In this document: positions 19,201 to 28,800 of the stretch, one piece after another | Layout: the number at the start of each line of letters is the position of its first letter | Position numbering within the stretch: position 1 is the first letter of the stretch | IMG/VR virus record: IMGVR_UViG_3300017766_003214 | Span: 1-29,756 of that record | From: a virus | Taxonomy: Duplodnaviria > Caudoviricetes | DNA: 29,756 bases | Strand: one strand, 5' to 3' | Notes under the pieces: generated by a model | Databases searched by the model: none | Told to the model about the DNA's origin: nothing | The model's input: only the letters and a program-made list of their open reading frames with translations | Position numbers and translations under genes: made by a program

Positions 19201-19741
19201 GCGCGCTGCAGCCAAGGGCCTAATCGAGCCGGTTGATGGCCGGTACTGGATCAGCATCGGGACGCGCCTGTTCGTCCTGTCGTATTTCAAGGGGTCCGGC
19301 ATCCTGGCCTGGAGCGAGTATGTGCCAGGGATGACGATCGATGAAATGGTCGCATTTAAAAACAAGGTCTACATCCGATCCGGGAACAAGATCTACCTGT
19401 ACGGGGGCCCCGGCGGCTCCCAATACGACAACTGCCCGGTCGTGGTGGAAATGCCCTACCTGGACGCCAACAAGCCCGGCACATTCAAGGCCGTCAACGG
19501 CGTGGACATCACCTGTGAAGGCACCTGGAAGGTGTTCATGGGCTTCGATTACACCAACGCCAGCGCCCGGGATGAGATCGCCACCTTCACCCAGCCGTCC
19601 TTCGCCCTTGGCAAGATCCCGGCGACCGGCATCGGCACCCACATTGGCGTCCGGTTCACCAGCGATCACGCCGGCTACTCAAAGCTGGCAAATGTCCTTG
19701 TCCACTATGATGAGCTTCACTCCAAACACGACGCCGGATAA
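16211..19741 (+). CDS. Tail nozzle/stabilisation protein (tubular protein B-like) with large insertions
   Basis: N-terminal FKGGLDRRR, C-terminal propeller-like region (LYFSSLNNPTKW, NTGCLAANSV, FYLSYNGIRSL, AWSEY); TAATG coupling. Confidence 0.78.
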   Translation: MPYIVVESFKGGLDRRRSDLVSAPGMLIKAENVHVTRGGEIEKRKAFVAVDAGVDTDHNNPFEGTFGMESTGDGITVFTTSYTTNTWYNAQKNIRFCFAEVSDIMDPLAQPMPFPTGLYVKYSGISEIYSPAVIPNLSISSPIPFFAQSGFRASFDPPVGSNLVNDFEVAALANENEQVCIFTWDGYSWAARCIATPLGRPGRFGSVILNFASGQLWGSEGSISWKIGQSSRTTLPIGSAKTDIAYIYDNDQRAPTLVEGALINSKVYYSNSGVNPSKLIRDSYVYNDASMLSDAYTIAIYRPKSWTDETSINERQGVQVVGIGSSVPVRKSLKNYIETIYENIVVVEVDHPEGVALTGIVYSTVYGGKSFVLAKFANGDVLPFYDGKLVGAFTDGVYREYYGGLYRFIESIKDLAKEGIDLAKTNFDNDTSNDDPIRQYTITTTQTQDGTSMTIAGPINADFKVDAFIDSPCSFTIETIQKPVAPIADLRATASMTLAGGSNGSATTGLTLRKIGYYGNVVPPISGIFVTTDYDDPSVNIAGAIELTGLNRSGSETIAYPFTGYTSPDAWNENQGLAYAISFFINSNTPVTGFYSNYANYGRGWAVRDPGSFTITSTPKLGGPMNGRGVWIEFTSPINILNPNPLDNVFIEELIDPTTTRISPFDPTRWVARLGYSYQEYPTTTTYGKLTNGARNSVDSVVANGVELLSDIDPFTMGSATPDKAQYFSTNLEQLNFDVINSINHGSATHGYSAAKEGDKIIVSSNVLGSAGNNKSIRVTTSGTVTRPGMVNFGGGRDNYDGAGKIMRINFKGTPEVGNKCWIMITDPTRPGTPYKFGATRMAGKKGVFCFTYKGKQYIGVGSVLYFSSLNNPTKWDTYDIGSGFIDMANNFGGRDDLTGAGVYQNNIAVFTERNCQLWFFDPDPNQNSQRQVLDNTGCLAANSVVSVGATDLFYLSYNGIRSLQSRESTDAAYANDIGSPIDEIVIGILASLTPEQRAAAKGLIEPVDGRYWISIGTRLFVLSYFKGSGILAWSEYVPGMTIDEMVAFKNKVYIRSGNKIYLYGGPGGSQYDNCPVVVEMPYLDANKPGTFKAVNGVDITCEGTWKVFMGFDYTNASARDEIATFTQPSFALGKIPATGIGTHIGVRFTSDHAGYSKLANVLVHYDELHSKHDAG

Positions 19742-19743
19742 AC

Positions 19744-20127
19744 ATGTGCACATTACAAGTTCTTGAAGATCCAAGCAATTTGAGCGCAAAACAAAATCGC
19801 CAAGTAAATGCCTTGTTTCCGGGCGCCAGAACCAGCCCTGTTTTCCAGCAGATGCAGGACGCTTACAAGGCCAGGAAAAACGCCCCACCCATCCTTAATT
19901 TCGGCGGCCCGGCTGCGCCAGGATCGGTTCCTCAATACGACCCATCAAAGAAACCAACGACATTCTTTGAGGCGAAGCCAGTCCAGCCGGCCTCGCCCGG
20001 CGGCCCCCAGGCGCAGCCAGGGCAATCACCGGCAACGGCTCCGATCGCGTCCATTTTCGACCCAACGAAAAACACCTCAAGCAAGCTTGCAGGAGGCATC
20101 GCAGGGACCATGAAGATTGTGCCATGA
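19744..20127 (+). CDS. Small Pro-rich virion protein with Met-Cys start
   Basis: Fills the gap exactly; ATGA overlap with the next gene. Confidence 0.6.
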   Translation: MCTLQVLEDPSNLSAKQNRQVNALFPGARTSPVFQQMQDAYKARKNAPPILNFGGPAAPGSVPQYDPSKKPTTFFEAKPVQPASPGGPQAQPGQSPATAPIASIFDPTKNTSSKLAGGIAGTMKIVP

Positions 20128-20603
20128 GGATTGCTGATCTCACATTCGACAGCGTTAAACATGTCGCGATCAACATGCGCTCCAAGGACCGCGAGGAGAT
20201 CTTTGCAACGCGCTGGAGCGAGGATCCGGAGGTCGTGGCCGAAATGATCGAGACATTGAAGCCGATCGGGTTTGTGGCCCTGGCTGATGACGGCGAGCCT
20301 GTCTGCGTCCTTGGGGCCTATGAGATGTGGCCCAAGGTCTTGTCGGTTTTCATGTTCGCCACGGACAGGTGGAACGAGGTTTCGCTTGGAACGACCAAGG
20401 CCGTCAAGCGAACCCTGATCCCCTACGCATTGTCGGAGAAATTCATCCGGGCCGAGTGCAAGTCGCTCTCAACGCACGAGGACGCGCACCGGTGGCTTGA
20501 GTCGCTCGGCGCCTCCAAAGAGTCGGAGCACCCGTGCTACGGAAAAAACGGGGAGACATTCTTCACTTACAGCTGGACCTACCCTCCGGCTAAAACAAAC
20601 TGA
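20124..20603 (+). CDS. GNAT-fold protein, T7 gp13-like
   Basis: VAINMRSKDREEIFA, AHRWLESLGA and YGKNGETF motifs; position before the ejection proteins. Confidence 0.78.
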   Translation: MRIADLTFDSVKHVAINMRSKDREEIFATRWSEDPEVVAEMIETLKPIGFVALADDGEPVCVLGAYEMWPKVLSVFMFATDRWNEVSLGTTKAVKRTLIPYALSEKFIRAECKSLSTHEDAHRWLESLGASKESEHPCYGKNGETFFTYSWTYPPAKTN

Positions 20604-20608
20604 CGATC

Positions 20609-21220
20609 ATGTGTTTCGGAGGAGGAGGAGATTACGGCGCGCAAGCGCGCGCTGACGAGGAAGCTCGAAAGGCTCGCATCGCTGCGGGCATGGCGTCGAT
20701 CAACAGCACCTTCAAGCAGTTCAACCCGGATTTTTACGCCCGCCGTGAGAACGCCGTGAAGGAAACCCTGATGCCTCAGCTGAACGACCAATTCGACAAG
20801 ACCAAGGAGCAGCTTCAGTACAACCTGGCGCGATCCGGGCTGACCGACTCAAGCGTCCGTTCGGCGAACGAGGGTGAGATGAGACGCCAGATGGCCATGA
20901 ACGAGGCCACGATCGCCGGCCAGGCCACGGATGCAGCCAACCAGGCGCGAGCACAGGTCGAACAGAACCGGGCCGAGCTGATCGGCCAGCTCAACGCAAC
21001 CAGCGACTCTGGCCAGGCAGCCCAGAACGCGCTGTCGCGCGCCACGATCGCGTCCAACCAGCCGTCCATCTCCCCGTTGGGTATGATGTTCCAGAACACC
21101 ACCGGCCTCCTGGGGGCTGCCAGCCAAGCCGGCGCCTACGACCGGAACGCCCCCGGCCTCAAGGCCTTCGGGTTCCCGCGCAGCTCGATCGGCGTAGGCA
21201 AAGAAAGGACTGTTTCCTGA
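20609..21220 (+). CDS. Internal virion/ejection protein
   Basis: MCFGGGG start, LARSGLTDSS, Ala/Gln-rich helices. Confidence 0.72.
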   Translation: MCFGGGGDYGAQARADEEARKARIAAGMASINSTFKQFNPDFYARRENAVKETLMPQLNDQFDKTKEQLQYNLARSGLTDSSVRSANEGEMRRQMAMNEATIAGQATDAANQARAQVEQNRAELIGQLNATSDSGQAAQNALSRATIASNQPSISPLGMMFQNTTGLLGAASQAGAYDRNAPGLKAFGFPRSSIGVGKERTVS

Positions 21221-21221
21221 C

Positions 21222-22073
21222 ATGTGCGACATCGCTTCAGTAGCTATTATCGCGACCGCCGCTTCCGTGGCGGCCCAGGCTAAGGCTCAAAAACAAGTCA
21301 GAGAAGCCCAGCGCAGGGCCCAGCAAGCCGAGCTGGAAAGGCAGCGCGTAATGCGCGAACAGGCCAGCGCCTTGTTTAATGAGTCCCTGGCCTCAGAGGG
21401 CAAGGACGCCACCATCAAAGCCGAGGATGAGGCGATCGCAAAACGCCAGGGCGATGTTGCTGAGGTTCAGGAGACAGCCCCTACCACGGACATTGGTTCG
21501 TCCTACGGCAATCAATCCCAGATCGTCTCCGATGAGTCGCGCGTCCGCACCGCAGCCGGCAAGGCTGCAGCCAATCTAGACGCCAACGCCAAGGCAAAGC
21601 TGGCGGCGTTCGGGGACGCCGGGCAGCTCAAGGCTATCAAAAACGCCAGGGCCAGCCTGGACCAGGGGATCATTGCCCGCAATCAAGCCGGGTCTGCTGC
21701 CGCGTTTGATGTTGAAATGGCTTCTGCCGGCCAGGCCGGTGATCGGATGAAGAACATCGGGGCCGCCTTGTCGTCCGTAGGTGGACTGGCCGGCATGGCT
21801 GCAGGATCCGGTTGGGGCAACAAGACGGCAGAACAGGTAGCCAACGCCTCCCTCGACAGCTCCGGCTTCATTAACTCCCTGGACGGGGCTGACAGCCTTA
21901 GACCCGTAGGCGATGGCAACTATCTGCACATGCAGACCAACAGGATCATTCCTGGGTCTGACCTGAATTGGAACCACTTTGCAGCCCCACAGGTCAACAA
22001 CAACCCGGCTGTCTTCAAACCATTTCAGGCTGCTGCTGATTGGTTCAAGTCAGACAAAAATGAGATCAAATAA
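21222..22073 (+). CDS. Internal virion/ejection protein (T7 gp14-like)
   Basis: MCDIASVAIIATAASVAAQ hydrophobic start, coiled coil, Gly/Ala-rich segment. Confidence 0.72.
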   Translation: MCDIASVAIIATAASVAAQAKAQKQVREAQRRAQQAELERQRVMREQASALFNESLASEGKDATIKAEDEAIAKRQGDVAEVQETAPTTDIGSSYGNQSQIVSDESRVRTAAGKAAANLDANAKAKLAAFGDAGQLKAIKNARASLDQGIIARNQAGSAAAFDVEMASAGQAGDRMKNIGAALSSVGGLAGMAAGSGWGNKTAEQVANASLDSSGFINSLDGADSLRPVGDGNYLHMQTNRIIPGSDLNWNHFAAPQVNNNPAVFKPFQAAADWFKSDKNEIK

Positions 22074-22075
22074 TC

Positions 22076-23212
22076 ATGGCTGATTATTCCGGATACATCC
22101 CCCGCCAACAGCAGCAGGACCCCAACATGGCGGCCTGGGCGCAGATCAGCGGCAACATCGCCAACATCTTCGGGCTCGATCCGGCCAAGGCCGCCGAGGC
22201 CCGCCGCGGGCTGCAGCAGGAGGATTACAACGAGCTGCGCAACCAGGCGCAGATCCGGCAGCAGCTGGCCAACAAGCGCATGGGCGAGCTGTTCAAACGG
22301 ATCAATCCGATGACCGGTGAATTCGACAACCCTTCCGATTACCAGGAGTACGCCAGCCTGACCGCGGAAATGGGCAGCAACCCCAACACCCGGCTTGGGA
22401 CCGGCTTTGGCGCCAACGAGCTCAAGATCCGTCTGGACGCCGAGGATCGCAGGAACGCCGAGGCTGATCGCAGGGCCGGCGTGAAGCGTGACGCCGACAC
22501 CAAGGAAGCAGCCGCCAAGGTTGCCGCCGCAAGAAGCAAAGATGCTGGCAATAAATGGCGCAGAATGGACCTGACAGGACATTCTAAGGTAGGCGTTTCA
22601 TCCAAGGCGGCTGTTGATGAATTGTGGGCCTTGTTGATGGAAGGCAGGGAGGGTGCTCCTAAATACGATCAATCCCAAGGGTTCACAGCTGTGACGCCTG
22701 AAACCAGAGGGCTTCCTGATGACCAAAAACGGCGAGTATTTACGGCTGGTTTTCAAAATTGGCTTAGCAATTCCGGGTACGGCAACCGCCTTTATCCGCA
22801 ACCAATTAGACAAAAAATGCGTGAGGAATTCACGGATTTTGAAGACGAAAAAAAGTCGATCGCCGCGATCCTCGTGGACAGGTTCACGGACCCCAGCACC
22901 GGTCAAAGGCTTGTCTCTGATGATCAGATCAGGGATCTGACCGAGCGGATAATCGCCAGGGAATTGACCACATCTTACGAGCAAAACAAAGACAAGGCCG
23001 ACGAGGTCGCGAGAATTTCTGATGTAAAATCCATGAAGGAATTCCTTCAAAATCAAATGCAGCTTCCGCCTGAAAAAAGGTCTAAGTCGGTCCTCTACAG
23101 GGTCAAGGTGCCCGGCCCTAGAAACGAATACACCTACGAAGATTACGATCTTGCGTGGCTTCTTGATCCCAAGAACGCACGAGACAAAGAGCACCCATTG
23201 TTTAATAAATAA
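22076..23212 (+). CDS. Putative ejection protein
   Basis: 378-aa helical protein in the ejectosome position. Confidence 0.65.
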   Translation: MADYSGYIPRQQQQDPNMAAWAQISGNIANIFGLDPAKAAEARRGLQQEDYNELRNQAQIRQQLANKRMGELFKRINPMTGEFDNPSDYQEYASLTAEMGSNPNTRLGTGFGANELKIRLDAEDRRNAEADRRAGVKRDADTKEAAAKVAAARSKDAGNKWRRMDLTGHSKVGVSSKAAVDELWALLMEGREGAPKYDQSQGFTAVTPETRGLPDDQKRRVFTAGFQNWLSNSGYGNRLYPQPIRQKMREEFTDFEDEKKSIAAILVDRFTDPSTGQRLVSDDQIRDLTERIIARELTTSYEQNKDKADEVARISDVKSMKEFLQNQMQLPPEKRSKSVLYRVKVPGPRNEYTYEDYDLAWLLDPKNARDKEHPLFNK

Positions 23213-25743
23213 TGGCTCAAAGGGAAAAAACATGGGCTGAAATCGTTGCCGAACAACAGTCCCGTCTTTCGCCCCCAGTTGCTCAGCCCCAGGCCGCGCA
23301 GCCTACGGGCCCGGTTGTTCCGCCCGTAGCGATGCCTTATTACAGCTTTAAGGGGTTGGTCATGAACCCTGGCGACCCCATCGCGGCAAGGAGCCAGAAC
23401 GAGCTTTCATCGTTCAACGCCGACAACTCAGGCCTTGAATACTTTCCATCCGAAGGAGGCGGCTACACTTTTTTAAATCCGCAGACCGGTGAGTATGGAT
23501 TGTTTGACGACAAGGAAGCCACGGATCGCCTTGCCAAGGACCGAAGTTCCGTCACCGAAGGCACGCCCAAGACTGTGCTGCCGGTCGGCACCAGGTGGAA
23601 CAAAGTCACCAAAGACCAATTTCAAAAAACAGGAAAAGGACCAACCAGCGCCCAGGAATTTTTCCTGGTTCCGCAAGATAAGCCGGTTCCTGAGAACTAT
23701 TTTAAATACAATCCGGATGCGTGGATGGATCTTGCAAGCGATCCAGTCGTGATCGCCAACGCAAGGTATCTCCACAAAATGGACAATGATGGAAGTAATT
23801 TTGAGCAGGACCGGGATTATTACATCAAGAAAGCCGTGGAAGGGATGCGGCGTCAGATCCTTGAAGCTCATTACGGCAAGGGCAACCTTGCCCAGGCTTT
23901 TTACGATAACGAGCCCGAGAAAGAGGCACCCAAGGTGCTTCCAAACCAGCTGCCTGTTGGCGTCCCTGGCGTACCGGCCCTGCAACTCCCCCTCCCGGGC
24001 CTTCCAACATTGTTCGGGGCGTACAACGCAGCCGGCGGTAGCGCGCTTGACGCAGCCTCCGGGGACAGGATGTGGGACTTTGGCCAGGCGCTGCTTGATC
24101 AGGCCGACAAGTCAAAGCGAACCAGCCTGGCTGAAGCCTCGCAGCGCGTGAACCCACGCCGAATTACCCAGAAGGCAACCCAGCCGGCTGATGTTGGAGA
24201 CGGATCCGAGGTGTCTAATTTCGTCAACAACCTGATCACATCCAGATACTCGGCCGATCAGATCGCCAAGATGACCCACGAGGAGAAAATGAAGATCGCG
24301 TATGACGCGACCGGCGAATTTTACCGAGACAAGGCCAAAGGATCCCTTGCCCAGGCCTTTGCTCTCAACAAGACAAAGAAAGAAGGGATCTGGGAATTCC
24401 AGACTGAGGAAGCCTACAGCCCTGACTGGAGCCTGTCCAAGTTGACGCAGCAAGCAGCCAGCTCGTTCGTGCCTACGGCTGCCCCCATGCTTGCCTCGAT
24501 GTTCGGCAGCATGGCTACCGGCGGCCCCTTGGGTGGAAAGGCCGCCTCAGCTGCCGTGACTTACAAGCTTTCGACCGACTCTGAGTTCATGAGCCAGCTC
24601 AATCAATGGGCTTCAAAGAACGGCATCGACATCAATCGCGATCCTGAGGTCGTGATGCAGCAGATTGTGGACATGTCCGCTAATGACCCGGAAGGGTTTT
24701 CAAAGCAGATCCGCGAGATGGTGCACCATGCGCGAGTATCCGGCGCCCTGGAGTCCGGTGTGGCGTTCGGCCTGAATGAAGGCCTTGAGCACATCAAGAT
24801 CCCAGGAGCCAAGGAAGGGTCTGTTTTGGAGGCCTTGAGGAAGCTTGGAAATAAGGACATTTCACAGGTCCTAGCCCCCCGCGCTGCGAGCATGCTGCAG
24901 GAGACTGGCAAGGAGGCCCTGGAAGAATACCTGACCGAGGTGCTTGTCGGCCTTGGCAAGGGCGTAGATCAGCAAGTCCAGAAGGGCGACCCGTTCTGGG
25001 AGGCTACGAGAAAAAGCGCCAGGGAGCTCATTGAGTCGTACAAGGGTGATGAACCTAACGCCGAGTCCGAGCAGCGAAACTCGGCAGCGCAGATCGGCGC
25101 CTACATGAGCATCCTCATGAAGACATTTACCGGCAAGGGCAACCCGGACACGGCGCTGATCAGGCAAGCAAGAACTCAGGCCGCCAGGGCCTTGGCTGAA
25201 AAGTACAGAGGCCAGCCCCTTGGCACCGCAGAAAAAATCGAGCTCGCCCTGGCTAACATGGAAAACGCAGCTTCATCTGCTCGCCTGGACAAGATCAACG
25301 AGATCATGATCCTGGATGGCCACGGCAGCCTGTGGAACCGGACCGGCCAAGCCGAGCTCCCGCCCCTTCAGTTGCCGGACAATGTTCAGCCTCCCCCTGC
25401 AGCCAGATCGTCTGAGGACGAAATGAGGGCTGTTCAGAAAGAGGCTGAAGAAGCGCAAGCTCGTGCCGAACAGGACGCCAAAGAAAGGGCCGCAAAAGAA
25501 GCCGAGGAACAGGCCCGCCGCGACTCCTTCAACGAGGAGACGGCATCCTATCAACGAGCGCGGGATCTTGAAAATGAAAGCGTCCTGGCATTTCAGGAGC
25601 TACAAAAGGCGAACAAAGAGTACCAACAGGCCCTCAATGAATACAGGCCTGACTCAGACGCACCTGAGTTTCTGAGAATTCGTCAGGCGCTTCTTGATGC
25701 CAGGGCGAAATACGATGAAATCGAGCGCCGGCGCGGCAAGTGA
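23212..25743 (+). CDS. Large putative internal virion protein
   Basis: 843 aa; Gly/Ala-rich hydrophobic segment, QETGKEALEEYLTE motif, C-terminal coiled coil; TAATG coupling. Confidence 0.7.
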   Translation: MAQREKTWAEIVAEQQSRLSPPVAQPQAAQPTGPVVPPVAMPYYSFKGLVMNPGDPIAARSQNELSSFNADNSGLEYFPSEGGGYTFLNPQTGEYGLFDDKEATDRLAKDRSSVTEGTPKTVLPVGTRWNKVTKDQFQKTGKGPTSAQEFFLVPQDKPVPENYFKYNPDAWMDLASDPVVIANARYLHKMDNDGSNFEQDRDYYIKKAVEGMRRQILEAHYGKGNLAQAFYDNEPEKEAPKVLPNQLPVGVPGVPALQLPLPGLPTLFGAYNAAGGSALDAASGDRMWDFGQALLDQADKSKRTSLAEASQRVNPRRITQKATQPADVGDGSEVSNFVNNLITSRYSADQIAKMTHEEKMKIAYDATGEFYRDKAKGSLAQAFALNKTKKEGIWEFQTEEAYSPDWSLSKLTQQAASSFVPTAAPMLASMFGSMATGGPLGGKAASAAVTYKLSTDSEFMSQLNQWASKNGIDINRDPEVVMQQIVDMSANDPEGFSKQIREMVHHARVSGALESGVAFGLNEGLEHIKIPGAKEGSVLEALRKLGNKDISQVLAPRAASMLQETGKEALEEYLTEVLVGLGKGVDQQVQKGDPFWEATRKSARELIESYKGDEPNAESEQRNSAAQIGAYMSILMKTFTGKGNPDTALIRQARTQAARALAEKYRGQPLGTAEKIELALANMENAASSARLDKINEIMILDGHGSLWNRTGQAELPPLQLPDNVQPPPAARSSEDEMRAVQKEAEEAQARAEQDAKERAAKEAEEQARRDSFNEETASYQRARDLENESVLAFQELQKANKEYQQALNEYRPDSDAPEFLRIRQALLDARAKYDEIERRRGK

Positions 25744-25771
25744 CACCTACTAAATGTGGTATTAAAATGAA

Positions 25772-25799
25772 TTGCTTAGGCATTTGACCCCAAGAAAAT
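25772..25799 (+). promoter_or_regulatory. Putative promoter TTGCTT-N16-GAAAAT, 6 nt before ATG 25806
   Basis: Recurrent motif geometry in an AT-rich gap. Confidence 0.6.
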
Positions 25800-25805
25800 C
25801 CAACC

Positions 25806-28800
25806 ATGGCCGTAAACATTTCCGAGAGACTGAAAACGCTTATTCAGCAGGGCGCCAACATTCCGCCGGCTGCGAGCGGAACCGCCCCTGAAGGCGGCCC
25901 TTCTCTCGCCCTTCCGCTCGATCCTTCTTTCGCTGCCGGCGTTGCCGAGCGCGTCAAAGCGGAAACACCCAGCGCGCAATTCGCCGCGCAGCAAGGCGCC
26001 CCGGCCCTGCCGACCAGCGGCGTGGACACGATCCTGAACCCGTTCGTGCAGCCCGAGGGCGTGCCGATGGGCGCTCCGACTGATCTATCATCTTTGTTCG
26101 GCATGGGCGCCGCCGGCCTCGGCCCGGTCTCGCCGGCTCCGATGTCCTCGCCCGCCCTGGGCGCCGGGCTCCCGTCCTATGACGCCGGCATGGCTCCGAC
26201 CATGGCGCCGTCCGTTTCCCCGTTTGCCCAGCCCCAGGTTCCGCCCCAGCTGGCGATGGGCCAGGCCCAGGGCCAGGCGATCACCGGTGCCACGACTCTG
26301 GCTGATCTGGTTTCCCGTGGCCTGGGCGGCCAGATGCCCCAGGCTGCCCAGATCCCCCAACTGGCCGCTCAGCCCTTTGCCCAGGCGATGCCCCAGGCGA
26401 TGCCCCAGGCTCCGGTTGCCGCTCCCCAGATGGCGCCCCAGGGTGCTTTCCCCCAGGCCCCTGGGATTGCCCAGCCCGCAGCCCCGTCCGGCATGGCGTC
26501 TTTGTTTGCGCCGCCCCCCGCTCCGCCTCAAGTTCAGTCCCCGCAGCAGCCCTATGGACAATTCGCCCCAATTCAGCCCCCGGTTCAAACGGCGGGTCAG
26601 CCCCAAGTTCCCGCTGCTCCCGCCCCCGCGCCCTTCCCGACCTTCGCCCAGCCCCCGGCAGCCCCTGCTCCGGTCGCTCCGGCTCCTGTTCAACAGGCTG
26701 CTCCGGCTCCCGCCCCGGTAGCCCAGGCTCCCGCCCCGGCGCGCCAGCAGCCGACCAGCCGCGGCACCCCGCTGCAGACCGATCCGAACGCCGTCAACCC
26801 GGCCGAGGACTTCCCGGAAGCCCTGGCTGCGCGCCGCGCCAACCAGCGCGCGGACGGCAACGACCCCGGCCGCCCGTACCAGCCGGCCCCCTACGAGCGC
26901 CCGGACGAACCGGCGCCGATCGAGCAGCCCGAGGAGCAGCCGGCCGAAGCCCCGGTCGAGCCCGAGCTGGAGCCGGCCATGGCCGCGTCTCCGCTGCAGA
27001 ACGCGCAGCCCACCACACCGGCCCTGGTCAACGGCGAGCTAATGATCTCCGGCGGCAACCGCCGTTTCTCCCGTGGCGGACCGGTCGGCGATGACGCCGG
27101 CGGCAAGGGCGTCTCGCCCAATCTGCTGCAGCGCGTGGGCCTGACCCGCGCCATCCTGAGCCAGTTCGTGGACCGGTCGGTGATCGGCACCATGACTGTC
27201 CCGGATCGCCCGATGGACAACGCGGACGATGTCGCCGCCCTGGCCTACGAATACCTCCGCAAGCAGCCCCAGGAAAACTTCATCGCGGTCATCCTGGATG
27301 GCCAGGGCCGTCCGATCCAGATCCTGCGCCATACCCTGGGCAACATCAGCTCGACCAATTTCATGCCCCATGTGATTGCCGGCGTAGCTGCCAGCACCCG
27401 TGGCGCCCGGACTGTGTACATGGTGCACAACCACCCGTCCACCACCACCCGCTTCTCCAATGCCGATGTCATGGCGGCCCAGAACCTGTACAAGACGATC
27501 GAAGCCATCGGCATGCGTTTTGGCGGTTCCCTGGTCGTGACTGACGGCGATGCGGCGCAAGGCACGATGCGCCCCAAGTACATCTTCCACCCCGGCGGCG
27601 AGGATGTTGAAAAGCTTCCGATCCCGATGGCCGGGAACGCGGACACGGCCCCAAATCTTGACAGCGTCAAGGAGGTCGTGCCGTTTGACGATCGCCCGGA
27701 AACGACCGAAACAACGGCCAACATCCAGGTCGTCGAACGCCTGTTTGAGGTCCGCAAAGAAGCCCTGTTCCCGCGCATCACCAGCCCCCAGGAAGCCGTC
27801 CTGCAGATCCCGCCCCTTCTCAGGAACCAGTCCGGTGTCGCCTTGATGGACAATGCCGGTCGCCTGGTCGGCGTGATCCCGATGAGCATCGGCGAGATGC
27901 GGAATGTGTCGTCCTCCGGCAGCATGATCTATCCGTCTCAGGGCCAAAACCGCGACTACATCAGCAGCGAGGAAGATCGCGCTCCTGGCGAGGTAGACAA
28001 GCGCGCCTACAAGCGAACCCAGTTCAGCAAAGACACCCAGCCCGGTGCCTGGAACAACCCGCTCGCCATGCTCATGGCTGCGCTGGAGCGATCCAACGCC
28101 GAGCGCGTGATCATCAGCATCGGTGCCGATGAAATTGGCACCTCGGGTAGAGACATCCGATCTGAAGCCATCAAAAATCTGCAGAAAGCCCTGCTGCGTA
28201 CCGGCGGAAAGAAGGTCTCGATCGATGATGTTATCAATAACAAGAAAAACTTCCCCGACTTGGTGCTCAAGGACACATTTTACAACGGCAGTTATTCGAC
28301 ATCGCCTGATGAAAAAGGCGGCCGTCTCAGCACCGGCCGGCGCCTGGGCTTCAACGAGGAAGGTTCCGCCTACGGCGACCAGGGCCAGGAGGGCGACCAG
28401 GCCCCGATCGAGCGCGAAGCCCCCCAGTCCCTGGGCGATGTCGTCAGCCAGGGCATGGAAGGCGAAAATGTAGCCGAGACCAACCCGGACGACCCCAACG
28501 CCGGGGCTGAATTTGCCCGCCAGGAGCGCGAGGCCGGTGCCCGCGTCAATCCTCCCAGCGGCTTGGACAACGCCAAGCCGGCCGAGCCGGTCATCAAGAA
28601 GCCGCGCAAGCCTCGGGCCAAGAAGGCCGCGGCTCCGGGCGTCAATGTCTCCGCCTTCCCCCGCCTGGACGCCACGCCTGGTGCGTTCGGCCGCCTGTCC
28701 GGCGAGCAGCTGAAACAGTTCGGCCTATCGGACGCCATGCTGGATCAGTTCATCGAGCACTCCACCTATGGCCAGGTCATGTCCGGTGTCGAGTCGGTTA

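Noticed and set aside
10687-28312. Other CTGANGA matches (e.g. 10687, 20600, 22717) as extra hammerheads
   Set aside because: No accompanying GAAA, NUH and three-stem arrangement was seen.
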